A stretch of 64,000 nt of DNA from Bdellovibrionota bacterium. Lineage in GTDB: Bacteria > Bdellovibrionota > UBA2428. Shown here in pieces: positions 19,990 to 28,865 of this stretch. The notes below the pieces were generated by a model, which did not search any database, was not told where the DNA came from, and was given only the letters and a program-made list of their open reading frames with translations. Each line of letters starts with the position of its first letter. Position 1 is the stretch's first letter. The translations under genes and the position numbers were made by a program. The DNA is taken from assembly GCA_041750195.1 (NCBI GenBank), contig JBGSZX010000031.1:20669-84668 (forward strand), written 5' to 3'.

Positions 19990-20909
19990 TTTTAGCTTTT
20001 AAAAAATTGTTTCTATTGTCAGTTCTTTCATTGATGTCGATGGATGTTTGGTCTGCAAATGCTTTGCAGGTGCCTAGCAATTCTAAGATGCTTAGCGTAC
20101 AAAATGGCTATTTGCTTTTGCGCGGCAAACAAAATCAACTTTTGTTGGGGCGACTTAAGGATGAAAGAAAATTTGTTTTGATAGATGATTCGGCTCACCA
20201 ATTTTCAGGGGCACAGGTATCGGAAAATGGGAGACGACTTTTGTCGTTTTACAAATTTGATTCAGATTCGGGATATTTTAAAATTTTTGAGCTTCCTTCA
20301 GGCAAGTTGCTTGTAGAGAGCAAAAAAATTCAAAATTTGGAAGGAGCTTTTTGGGGCAGCGCTTGTAATTATTACGTTCATACTGGTGCTGCAGAAAATG
20401 GCGGAGTGGTTAAAGTTTTTGCAGATACTACCAATTCGGAGTGCAGAGCCGTTGCTCCCAAAACAGATTCTAAAGTTCTCTCTAAGGATGTGCCGGTTTA
20501 TTTTTGGCAGGACTCGCATTTTAACAATTGGGCCTTCTATAAAAATGGAAGTAGAGCTCTGTTGAACTGGATTGGAAAGGGTAGCTTTGATTCTTTCCAG
20601 GCTTCGAAATTTCCCTACATTTGGTTTCAGGAAGCGACTTACCAGGGTTTGTTGTTTCGCGGTGATTTAAGCTCCAAAAAAATTCAGCCGCTCTCTGCGT
20701 TTGAAAGTTTTGCCTCGCGCGGAGATAAGGCTATCGCCTACGGAATTTCGAAGGGCCAGGTTGTTGAGCTTTCTTTGAAGGCTGACTTCCAGCTTAAAAG
20801 GCGCGAACTAGCGCGAGTTGGTGGCGCCACACAAATTTGGTGGGATGAAAGCATGGACCTCCTCGTCGTCGAAAATTCAGAAAACCGCTATTTCACCGTT
20901 AAACCCTAA
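19986..20909 (+). CDS. Hypothetical secreted protein (307 aa)
   Basis: Signal peptide LLSVLSLMSMDVWSANA. It overlaps the upstream gene by 4 bp. No family was recognised. Confidence 0.5.
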   Translation: MILAFKKLFLLSVLSLMSMDVWSANALQVPSNSKMLSVQNGYLLLRGKQNQLLLGRLKDERKFVLIDDSAHQFSGAQVSENGRRLLSFYKFDSDSGYFKIFELPSGKLLVESKKIQNLEGAFWGSACNYYVHTGAAENGGVVKVFADTTNSECRAVAPKTDSKVLSKDVPVYFWQDSHFNNWAFYKNGSRALLNWIGKGSFDSFQASKFPYIWFQEATYQGLLFRGDLSSKKIQPLSAFESFASRGDKAIAYGISKGQVVELSLKADFQLKRRELARVGGATQIWWDESMDLLVVENSENRYFTVKP

Positions 20910-20937
20910 CAATTTGCTAAATCTACTTGCTAAATCT

Positions 20938-21097
20938 ACTGTGCGCGCGGAAGAGTTGCTGCGGGTATAGGAAGCCCTTAAAATTCCGGATTTTATTGAT
21001 TTTATTTAAGAAATCGCTCAATTTCCGGAGCAGTCGAGGGATTCCCTCGCAATCATTCAGCTTTTTATTTTCCCAGCAACTCTTCCGCGCGCACAGT
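20938..21097. repeat. Perfect 24-bp inverted repeat (actgtgcgcgcggaagagttgctg ... cagcaactcttccgcgcgcacagt) bracketing about 112 bp. An 11-bp tandem direct repeat (gctaaatctact x2) lies just upstream
   Basis: Read directly: left arm 20938-20961, right arm 21074-21097. The inner region contains further short palindromes (ttccgga). Confidence 0.85.
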
Positions 21098-21280
21098 TAT
21101 TGTCTAAGAATTAGGCAGGTGCAGACAATCTTCGGCATCATTATAAGTATTTGAAAATTAAGTCTTTAATCATTTCTGCTGTCCAAAGTATGGTCGGTGA
21201 GAGGGGCAGCATTTGAGATATCTCTTTAAATTTCAATGGTTTATGTGTAGTGGCATGGCTTCTGCATCATAAAGGGCAGG

Positions 21281-21784
21281 ATGGGTTTTTTTATGACACG
21301 AGTTTTTTCAGTAACAAGCATGGCGCTACTATTTTTAGGGATGACGGCTTGTTCTCAGGGGCGCAAATCACTAACAGCTGGATCCGGGGGGGATCGCCTT
21401 AGTGAGGTGGTTATCTTAAAAGACAACAATGGTTATCCTGCATACGGAAAATTCCAACTTCAACTAAACTTGGACAAAAATTTTGTTTACCTAGATGTGC
21501 TTCAAATGGCGAACGGTTGGACTGCAGACAACAGTTACAGAGTTTTCGCGAAACATGCCGAAACTGGAGAATGGGTTATTCTTGCAGAAGGTTTAACGGC
21601 TGGGCCTGGCCAAACAGTAAGCATCTCAGCCTATCAGGGCCAGCAAATTTGGCAATATACCGAATGGATTGTAGCTTTTGAGTATCAAGAATACGGTTTG
21701 TTATTCGATTGGGATGACGCCAGTTCTTATATGGTTGAGCAAACAATCTATTGGGAAGAATATAAGCGTAAAAACTCATTGTAG
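21281..21784 (+). CDS. Hypothetical lipoprotein (167 aa)
   Basis: Signal peptide plus lipobox LGMTAC. Confidence 0.5.
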   Translation: MGFFMTRVFSVTSMALLFLGMTACSQGRKSLTAGSGGDRLSEVVILKDNNGYPAYGKFQLQLNLDKNFVYLDVLQMANGWTADNSYRVFAKHAETGEWVILAEGLTAGPGQTVSISAYQGQQIWQYTEWIVAFEYQEYGLLFDWDDASSYMVEQTIYWEEYKRKNSL

Positions 21785-21887
21785 TGATTGCGACTCTTCT
21801 ATTTAAAAAAAATAAATATTTCTAAGCTCCAATTGCGATGCAACAACTTTTATTGCGAGCCTAGACAATAGGCTTTATGCTCAGTTT

Positions 21888-23369
21888 GTGAGCTCTTCTC
21901 AAAATCGCTGCTTTCCAGAAATCTGGTCTTTTTTTTCTGCTACGCTCAAAGAAATTGATTGGACGGGGGGACGCATTTTCATCGTAGGAGGTTCGGTACG
22001 CGATGCTTTGAGGCCATATGGCAAAAGACAAGATAATGAATGCGACCTTATTCAAGATTGTGAATCCAGCCTAGATTTGGACTTATGCGTAGAGGAAGCG
22101 GGCGGAGCACAAAAACTAGCGAACGCACTATCCGAAAGGTGGGGAGCGAAAGCTTCAAAGCCACATCCACTCGGCGCCGGCTATCCCATTTGGCAGCTCA
22201 TGTATCAGGAATCGCCGCAAAGTCCTCAATTTGAAATTCAAATTGCCGACACTCAAAAAGAAATGTTTATGGACCCTGATTCTAGGCAGCGTGTGACTGA
22301 ATTTGGCAATCTACAAGACGACTGTCGGCGTAGAGATTTTTGTTACAATATGCTTTATTTTGATCTCCTCCATGAAGAAGTTTTGGACCCGAGTGGCCAA
22401 GGACTCAACGATCTTGAAGCCAATAGACTGAGCCCTCATCCAGAGGTTTCACCTGCAAAAATGTTTTCTGATGATCCGCTGAGAATTTTAAGAATGTTTC
22501 GATTTCATTCCAGATTTAACTCTGCAATAGATCAGAGCTTGAAAAACGCTGCGATCGATTGTTTTGATCGTACTAAAATTTTAAGTCCTGAGCGTGTACG
22601 CGATGAATGGATCAAAGCCTCGAAGCAGGGCGGGCTAAGTGAATTTTTTAAAACGCTCACCGATTGGGGATTGTTAGAAAAACTTTGCCCTGAATTCATG
22701 CCTATGCTCGGCTGCAAACAAGATAAAAGGTTTCATTCCGAAGGAGACGTGTGGCAACACACTTTGCTGGTGATGCAAAAGGCTGAACACACGCCCTTGC
22801 AACAATTTACGGCGCTCTTACATGACATTGCAAAGCCGGCGACTCAAAATATTGATGGCGATAGAATCAAATTTTTAGGACATGAAAAAATTGGGGCCGA
22901 TATGGCGCAAGGATTTTTGGATAAGTGGAAATTTCAAAAAAAACTAAAACAAGATATCGTCATGCTCGTTAAGCTGCATTTGCGTGGGGCCGATGTGTTT
23001 GACTGGGCGACTCTCAAGCCGGCACGCAAACTTTTAAAAGATTGCGATGGCCTAGAAGAGGAATTTCTTAAGTTTCATTTGGCAGATTCCAGCGCTACAA
23101 TCCGCCCCGATGGTACTGTTGAATTGTTGCACATCCCTGCTTTGAGGGAAAAATTAAGTCTTGCAAAAGTAGCCATCCAAGAAAAGCCCCCCTTAATGAT
23201 AAATGGAAATGATATCAAAAAATTCTTTGGAAAAATTGACGGCAAAGAAATCGGTCGTTTAAAAATTTTGGCTAATGAACTTGCAGATGATTGGTTGGAT
23301 CAAGAAAAAGAGTTTACAGTCGAAGACATTCTCGCTCAGTTAAAGTGCGCGAGCAAACAAAAGTGTTAG
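21888..23369 (+). CDS. cca: tRNA nucleotidyltransferase (CCA-adding enzyme) or poly(A) polymerase, class II, with a C-terminal HD domain
   Basis: Pol-beta head GGSVRDAL...DLDL and an HD motif (LLHDIAKP). There is a ~15-aa insertion between the GS(V)RD and DxD segments. Confidence 0.7.
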   Translation: MSSSQNRCFPEIWSFFSATLKEIDWTGGRIFIVGGSVRDALRPYGKRQDNECDLIQDCESSLDLDLCVEEAGGAQKLANALSERWGAKASKPHPLGAGYPIWQLMYQESPQSPQFEIQIADTQKEMFMDPDSRQRVTEFGNLQDDCRRRDFCYNMLYFDLLHEEVLDPSGQGLNDLEANRLSPHPEVSPAKMFSDDPLRILRMFRFHSRFNSAIDQSLKNAAIDCFDRTKILSPERVRDEWIKASKQGGLSEFFKTLTDWGLLEKLCPEFMPMLGCKQDKRFHSEGDVWQHTLLVMQKAEHTPLQQFTALLHDIAKPATQNIDGDRIKFLGHEKIGADMAQGFLDKWKFQKKLKQDIVMLVKLHLRGADVFDWATLKPARKLLKDCDGLEEEFLKFHLADSSATIRPDGTVELLHIPALREKLSLAKVAIQEKPPLMINGNDIKKFFGKIDGKEIGRLKILANELADDWLDQEKEFTVEDILAQLKCASKQKC

Positions 23370-24302
23370 TTAAAAAGTTGATGTTTTGAGCTGAACCGAA
23401 AACCCGTTTCCGTAGAGACCGGTAAGGTCGGGATTTGGAAAAGCTTCTTCTCGGTCGATCGGGCGAAGCACGGCAACATTCCATTGCACGCCGAACCATA
23501 AATTTTCTACCACCATAATATCAAACTGCGGTGAAACTGAAAGCAAGCCCGCAGAAGCTTCGGTGGATCCCAAAACTTTATAAGATGATATTCTGTGATA
23601 CTGAGAGTTTAACGACAAGGCTACAGGAAGTTGATCGCTCAAGTTCCAATGTCTTCGTAAAAAAATGATGGCACCCCAAGTGGGACCATACGAATCAGCA
23701 CGGTCTGGATTTGTGGTGGATGCTAGCAAAAGGTCACCTCCAATTTTGAGGTAGAAAGGAAACTTGCTGGGATCTTTTGCCTCTGGAACAGGAACATAAA
23801 ATAGATCAATCAAAAATTCTGAGTGTCTCGCATGAAGTTTAAACAGATCACTTCGTCGGTGCCCATATTGAAGAGTATTTTGCAAATAGCCATTTAATAA
23901 ATTTTGCCTTAAGGCTATGCGATAGCCCGAGAATTCAGAACCTTCGGGGCCCGACTCCGATGCCCCTAAGTCATTTCTAAAGCCCAGGCCGACTTTGAGA
24001 GCCGATGAGTAGCTATCGGAATTGCTCATGAGAACTTCCATATGAAAGTCTTGTGAAAATATCGCGTAACGTTCCTGAGGAACGCTAACGCGCTCTCCAA
24101 AGATATCTTTGACCTCTTCCCTGGCATAGCGCAAATCGGGAATATTCTGCATCACCTTGAAACTGGCTCCTAATGACGCTCTAAAGGGGAGCTGATTGGC
24201 TCCATCTTCCTGTGACATAACATGAGGCGAAATTAACAGCATGGCTCCGCTCACCACGAGCCAAACAAGACTTTTTGGGCTAAAAAGACATTTAAGATGC
24301 AT
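23370..24302 (-). CDS. Hypothetical outer-membrane beta-barrel protein
   Basis: Signal peptide, alternating amphipathic strands and a C-terminal ...LKTSTF with a terminal Phe typical of OMPs. Confidence 0.5.
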   Translation of the reverse strand: MHLKCLFSPKSLVWLVVSGAMLLISPHVMSQEDGANQLPFRASLGASFKVMQNIPDLRYAREEVKDIFGERVSVPQERYAIFSQDFHMEVLMSNSDSYSSALKVGLGFRNDLGASESGPEGSEFSGYRIALRQNLLNGYLQNTLQYGHRRSDLFKLHARHSEFLIDLFYVPVPEAKDPSKFPFYLKIGGDLLLASTTNPDRADSYGPTWGAIIFLRRHWNLSDQLPVALSLNSQYHRISSYKVLGSTEASAGLLSVSPQFDIMVVENLWFGVQWNVAVLRPIDREEAFPNPDLTGLYGNGFSVQLKTSTF

Positions 24303-24356
24303 AATAATAGCCTATTCCCTTTGACGAAAGTCCGCAAAAGCCTGTAACTTTTTACT

Positions 24357-25571
24357 ATGAAATTGCCTCAAAGTTCTACCGCAAGTGCCACTGCTAAATC
24401 TCCAGCTAAATCTCAGGCCGAAGTTTACCTAGATTATAACGCGACCCATCCATTGTTGCCCAGAGTCGCTGCTGCCATGGTCGAGCTTTTGAAGTCCGAA
24501 AATCATTTTATTTTAGGTAATGCATCTAGTGTCCATGCGGCGGGGCGACGCTCCCGCAAATGGATCAATACATTAAAAATTGAACTTCAAAATTTTTTAA
24601 ATGCTCCGATCGGAGAATGGGTTCTCTATTCAGGTGCTACCGAAGCTTTAAACGCTGTCTTGTCCTCTGCCTTATGTGAGAACTGGGATATTTTATCGTC
24701 GTCTGTTGAGCACTCCGCCGTTTATGAAACTTTAGGGTGTGGCGATGGGACGCGACTCATGTTGCCCGTTACTCGCTCTGGCAAGATAGATATTGAACAA
24801 GTTTCCAAAATTGTTTCGAGTCTTGGCAATTCACAAAAACCAATCCTGTTTTCTTTGCAGGCGCATAACAACGAAACGGGCCTTTGTGTGGGCTGTCCGC
24901 AGGTTCTTAAGTCTTTAAGAAAAATAGGCGAAGAATGTGGTCGCGAAGTTAAGATCTTGCTTGATGGCGTTCAAAGTTTAGGGAAGGCCGACCCGCAAAT
25001 CATGACGGAACTATTGGAACTTGCCGACTATGCTGTCTTTTCTGGGCATAAAATGGGAGCGATGATGGGGATCGGTGCTTTGTGGAAACGCAAAAATAGT
25101 TTCTTAAAATCCTATCCTACTGGTGGTGGCCAAGAACGTGGATTGAGAGCAGGAACTGAACCAATATGGAACGTGGTCAGCTGGGTTGAGGCCATTCGTG
25201 ATTGGCAAGAGAATGGTGGTCAATATAGGCAACATATGGAAAAGCTCAAGCAAAAGTTGCTTGAAGGATTGAAAGAAATTTCAGGGATTAAAATTATTGA
25301 TGGAACCGATGTGCCGTCAACATTGCCCAATACTGTGGCGATCCTCGCAGTTGACCGAGGCTCAGATTTTATTCTTCAGAAATTAGATTTAGATGGTGTC
25401 CTAGTTTCAGGTGGGAGCGCGTGTCGTTCTGGAGTTTCAAAACCTTCACATGTGATGAAGGCACTTGGCTATGATGATGAACTTTCCAAGGGGCTCATCC
25501 GGATTTCTATGGGACCTATGTCAACTGAAGACGACATAGAAAAACTTCTTTTAACTCTTGGGAGAATATAG
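24357..25571 (+). CDS. Class V aminotransferase-fold cysteine desulfurase (IscS/NifS-like)
   Basis: PLP-Lys motif SGHKMGA and catalytic-Cys loop SGGSACRSGVSKPSHVMKALG. Confidence 0.8.
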   Translation: MKLPQSSTASATAKSPAKSQAEVYLDYNATHPLLPRVAAAMVELLKSENHFILGNASSVHAAGRRSRKWINTLKIELQNFLNAPIGEWVLYSGATEALNAVLSSALCENWDILSSSVEHSAVYETLGCGDGTRLMLPVTRSGKIDIEQVSKIVSSLGNSQKPILFSLQAHNNETGLCVGCPQVLKSLRKIGEECGREVKILLDGVQSLGKADPQIMTELLELADYAVFSGHKMGAMMGIGALWKRKNSFLKSYPTGGGQERGLRAGTEPIWNVVSWVEAIRDWQENGGQYRQHMEKLKQKLLEGLKEISGIKIIDGTDVPSTLPNTVAILAVDRGSDFILQKLDLDGVLVSGGSACRSGVSKPSHVMKALGYDDELSKGLIRISMGPMSTEDDIEKLLLTLGRI

Positions 25572-25576
25572 TTTCT

Positions 25577-26755
25577 ATGGCCAAAAATTCTAGCTATCCC
25601 AAAAAAGCTTCTCCAGCAGATCTAGGATCTCAAAGGCCTCTTTCGGGGAAAAAGTTATTGGTCGGTATAGCTGCTGGGGATGCTGTTCTTTCTCGCTTGG
25701 CTGCTATTTTTTTGAAGGAGCAAGGCGCGAATATAGAGTTAGTCCACTTTCGTCTTGGGAAGCTTGCTCAAAAAGTTCGATATGGAGAAAATCCTCGAGA
25801 GCCGAAGGAGGAGCTGATTGTAAAATGGGCCAAGGATCATAATCTTCCACTTAATATTGTTGATCTCTCGTTGGAATCGGATGCTTTTTGTACCGCTTGG
25901 ATTCGGCATCATTTGTCGCAGGCTTGGATGCCCGATATCAAGTCCAACTTTGATGGCAGATTTTTACTGCCGCAGCTCGCACAATTTGGAGTAAAGCTAA
26001 AGTGTGATTTGGCCACCGGACATCGGGCAAGAATTGTTAGATCAGAATCTGGAGAAATCAGGTTGTTGAAGTCTATCGATTCTTCGATTGATCAAAGTAC
26101 GCTCTTGGGCTTTGCAAAACTTCAGTTTATCAAACAGCTTTATTTGCCTGTCGGCTATTTGAAGACTGAAGAGATTTCAAAATTAGCGTTGGCTCATAAG
26201 CTGGTCGAAGTCACAGAAAACATTTTGGCTGATCGAATGATCGCTCAGGAATATTCAGCCTTTGAATCTTTGGTGAGTTTGGTGGGGCTTCCGCGAGTGA
26301 GGTCAAAAGGCTACGTGATAAGTGTTAAAAAAGTTATTTTAGGGGAACACAAGGGATTGATTACGGCGCCCATTGGGCAGACGAGAGTGTTCGAAGAGCT
26401 TAAGGAAAGTCCTTCTAGAATAGTTTTGGGTCATGATATTCTAAAAAACTGGGTCATTGTAGGAAGTGAAGATCAATTGAATCGATCAAGCTGCCTATCT
26501 TCACCAATCAATTGGGTTTTTCAAAAACCTGATCTTAGTAAGGCCCATGAGGTCCTAAGTCTTGTGATGTCCTCTGACCCGCAAAATTCTTACCCAGTAA
26601 CGGCCGAGCTGGCTCTCGGTTCAAGTCTTCGAATTAGCTCTGCGACGTCCCTGGGGGAGGCCAAACCTTTCCGCCCACGTCTAGGTTCAACCTTCACTCT
26701 ATATCGTGGAACCCTGTGTCTGGGCTCTGCCAGGATTGTTGAAAGTTTTTCGTAA
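25577..26755 (+). CDS. MnmA-like (tRNA 2-thiouridylase family) protein with a degenerate PP-loop and missing catalytic cysteines. Probable pseudoenzyme
   Basis: The alignment to MnmA is clear: D-LATGHRAR vs ATGHYVR, and LLKSIDSSIDQSTLLG...YLPVGYLKTEEISKLA vs LLRGLDSNKDQSYFLY...LFPVGELEKPQVRKIA. However SGGVDSS is replaced by AAGDAVLS, and both Cys102 and Cys199 equivalents are absent. Confidence 0.65.
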   Translation: MAKNSSYPKKASPADLGSQRPLSGKKLLVGIAAGDAVLSRLAAIFLKEQGANIELVHFRLGKLAQKVRYGENPREPKEELIVKWAKDHNLPLNIVDLSLESDAFCTAWIRHHLSQAWMPDIKSNFDGRFLLPQLAQFGVKLKCDLATGHRARIVRSESGEIRLLKSIDSSIDQSTLLGFAKLQFIKQLYLPVGYLKTEEISKLALAHKLVEVTENILADRMIAQEYSAFESLVSLVGLPRVRSKGYVISVKKVILGEHKGLITAPIGQTRVFEELKESPSRIVLGHDILKNWVIVGSEDQLNRSSCLSSPINWVFQKPDLSKAHEVLSLVMSSDPQNSYPVTAELALGSSLRISSATSLGEAKPFRPRLGSTFTLYRGTLCLGSARIVESFS

Positions 26756-26757
26756 TT

Positions 26758-26813
26758 AACTGAAAAATTAAACTGAAAAATTTACCTGAAAAATTTTACC
26801 CGAAAAAATTTAA
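26758..26813. promoter_or_regulatory. Four tandem ~13-14-bp A-tract repeats (aactgaaaaatt / aaactgaaaaattt / acctgaaaaatttt / acccgaaaaaattt) about 40 bp upstream of pckA
   Basis: Read directly from the sequence. The helical-phase spacing is about 13-14 bp. Confidence 0.6.
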
Positions 26814-26852
26814 CAGTTGAGCCCCACATAACTCAGGTTTAGAACTCCTGAT

Positions 26853-28367
26853 ATGTCACAAATTACGCATGGAGAAACTTCCTTAAATTTTAACCAGCTC
26901 ATTGAGGCGGCCGTCGATTTAAAATTGGGTGCCCTTAATAAGTTTGGTGTTTTTGTGACTAGCACGGGTAAGTTTACTGGACGCGCCACCAAGCAACGCT
27001 ATTTTCTAAAGCGAAGCGCTATTGCTCCCAAAGTGGATTGGGGCGGAGTTAATGTGGAACTTGATTTGGCTTTGGGGGAAAAGTGTATTTCAGCTATCAA
27101 GTCGAAAGTTGAAAGTTCTAAGCCATATGTTTTTAAAGGAAACGCTGGAGCGTTTTCTGTTGAAGTTTCGTCCATGAGTCCTTGGCATATTGCGTTTTGC
27201 TCCAATATGTTTAGAAGCACCAATGTTCATTTTGCAGAAGTTGGAGCTCCCATTAAAGTCTGGCACGCACCTTATTTGAAAGCCCATGATTTGGTCGAAG
27301 GCTATTCTGATGAAGCATTGATCTTGCTTGATCTTGAAAAGCGCGAAATTGTAATCGCAGGAACTTCCTATGCCGGAGAAATCAAAAAAGGGGTTTTCAC
27401 TACCTGTAATTTTTGGGCACCAGAATACGGTTCTTTTCCTATGCACGCTTCAGCAAATTGTTTGGAAGATGGTTCTTCCTCTTGTGTGCTGTTCGGACTT
27501 TCTGGAACTGGCAAAACAACCTTGTCTGCGAGCCCCGATCGCTCACTCATCGGTGATGATGAAATCATTTGGGATGACAATGGACTTTATAATCTTGAGG
27601 GCGGTTGTTACGCAAAGCTCATAGATTTAAAATCAGAATCTGAGCCTGAAATTTTCAAAGCGGTTCACACATCTCACGCCATTATGGAAAACGTTGTATT
27701 GGACGCTAGTGGCGCAGTCATATTTGAGGATCGTTCCAAAACCGAAAACACTCGCGGGTCTTATCCGCTAAGCTCAATAGAAAAAGTTTTTAAACAAGAT
27801 TGTCGGGCGCAAAATCCCGAGAACGTAGTCTTTCTAACGGCCGATGCCTTTGGCGCCTTGCCACCGGTTGCATTGCTTAATGAGTGGCAGGCGCAATATA
27901 TGTTTGTATCGGGCTACACCGCAAAAGTTGCAGGAACAGAAGTTGGAATCAAGGAGCCTCAGGCTGCCTTCAGCGCTTGTTTCGGGGCCCCCTTCATGCC
28001 CAGGCCTCCGGCATTTTATGCTCAGCAGCTCATTGAAAAAGTTAAAAAAACGGGAGCTAAAGTTTGGCTTTTAAACACGGGTTGGACTCATGGTGGTTAT
28101 GGGGTGGGTGAGCGATTCCCAATTAAGGTTAGCAGAGCTTTGCTTAAGGCTGTTCAAAGTGGAAGCCTTGCGACTGCAAAAATGCAAAAGCATCCAGTGT
28201 TTGGTTTTGATGTTCCTATGAGTTGTGAAGGCGTTGACCCAAAATATATGAATCTTGGCGATGTCGAAAAATCAAAAGAACTTGCACAAAAATTTGTTAG
28301 TAATTTCAAAAAGTATTCAGCGCATGCATCGCCAGAACTTGTAGAAAAAGCATCACCTCGTGTGTAA
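26853..28367 (+). CDS. pckA: Phosphoenolpyruvate carboxykinase (ATP)
   Basis: Kinase-1a P-loop FGLSGTGKTTLS, 504 aa. Confidence 0.9.
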   Translation: MSQITHGETSLNFNQLIEAAVDLKLGALNKFGVFVTSTGKFTGRATKQRYFLKRSAIAPKVDWGGVNVELDLALGEKCISAIKSKVESSKPYVFKGNAGAFSVEVSSMSPWHIAFCSNMFRSTNVHFAEVGAPIKVWHAPYLKAHDLVEGYSDEALILLDLEKREIVIAGTSYAGEIKKGVFTTCNFWAPEYGSFPMHASANCLEDGSSSCVLFGLSGTGKTTLSASPDRSLIGDDEIIWDDNGLYNLEGGCYAKLIDLKSESEPEIFKAVHTSHAIMENVVLDASGAVIFEDRSKTENTRGSYPLSSIEKVFKQDCRAQNPENVVFLTADAFGALPPVALLNEWQAQYMFVSGYTAKVAGTEVGIKEPQAAFSACFGAPFMPRPPAFYAQQLIEKVKKTGAKVWLLNTGWTHGGYGVGERFPIKVSRALLKAVQSGSLATAKMQKHPVFGFDVPMSCEGVDPKYMNLGDVEKSKELAQKFVSNFKKYSAHASPELVEKASPRV

Positions 28368-28425
28368 GACCAGAAATTCTTTTTAAGATGAAAATTTGTA
28401 AATTTTTATGGAAGTCTAAGATCCT

Positions 28426-28860
28426 ATGACAAGCACAATTTGGAAACACGAAGTCACAATTGCCGATTTTAACAAGCGAAGCGAGAATACGGCTGTCACG
28501 CATATGGGAATTGAAGCTTTAGAAATTGGTCCAAATTTTTTAAAGGCGAAGATGCCTGTTGATGAGCGCACCAAGCAGCCCATTGGATTGCTCCACGGTG
28601 GGGCCTCCGTGTTGCTTGCCGAAACTCTAATGAGCACTGCCGGTAATTGGTGTGTTGATTTTCCAAATCAATATTGTGTTGGACAGGAAATCAACGCTAA
28701 TCACATTCGCTCCGCACGCGACGGGTACGTTGAAGGAGTGGCTAAGCCCATTCATTTGGGAAAAAGTTCTCAGGTATGGGAGTGCCTTATCTCTCACGAA
28801 GGCAAATTAGTTTGCGTGAGTCGCATGACTTTATCGGTGCTCAGCCGCCAACCAAAGTAG
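28426..28860 (+). CDS. Hotdog-fold acyl-CoA thioesterase (PaaI/YdiI family)
   Basis: 144 aa with the motif LLHGGASVLLAETL. Confidence 0.7.
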   Translation: MTSTIWKHEVTIADFNKRSENTAVTHMGIEALEIGPNFLKAKMPVDERTKQPIGLLHGGASVLLAETLMSTAGNWCVDFPNQYCVGQEINANHIRSARDGYVEGVAKPIHLGKSSQVWECLISHEGKLVCVSRMTLSVLSRQPK

Positions 28861-28865
28861 TTACC

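Noticed and set aside
20927-21154. 75-aa ORF (20927-21154) spanning the inverted-repeat element
   Set aside because: It lies entirely within the IR and hairpin structure. It has low-complexity composition and no RBS, so it is likely spurious.
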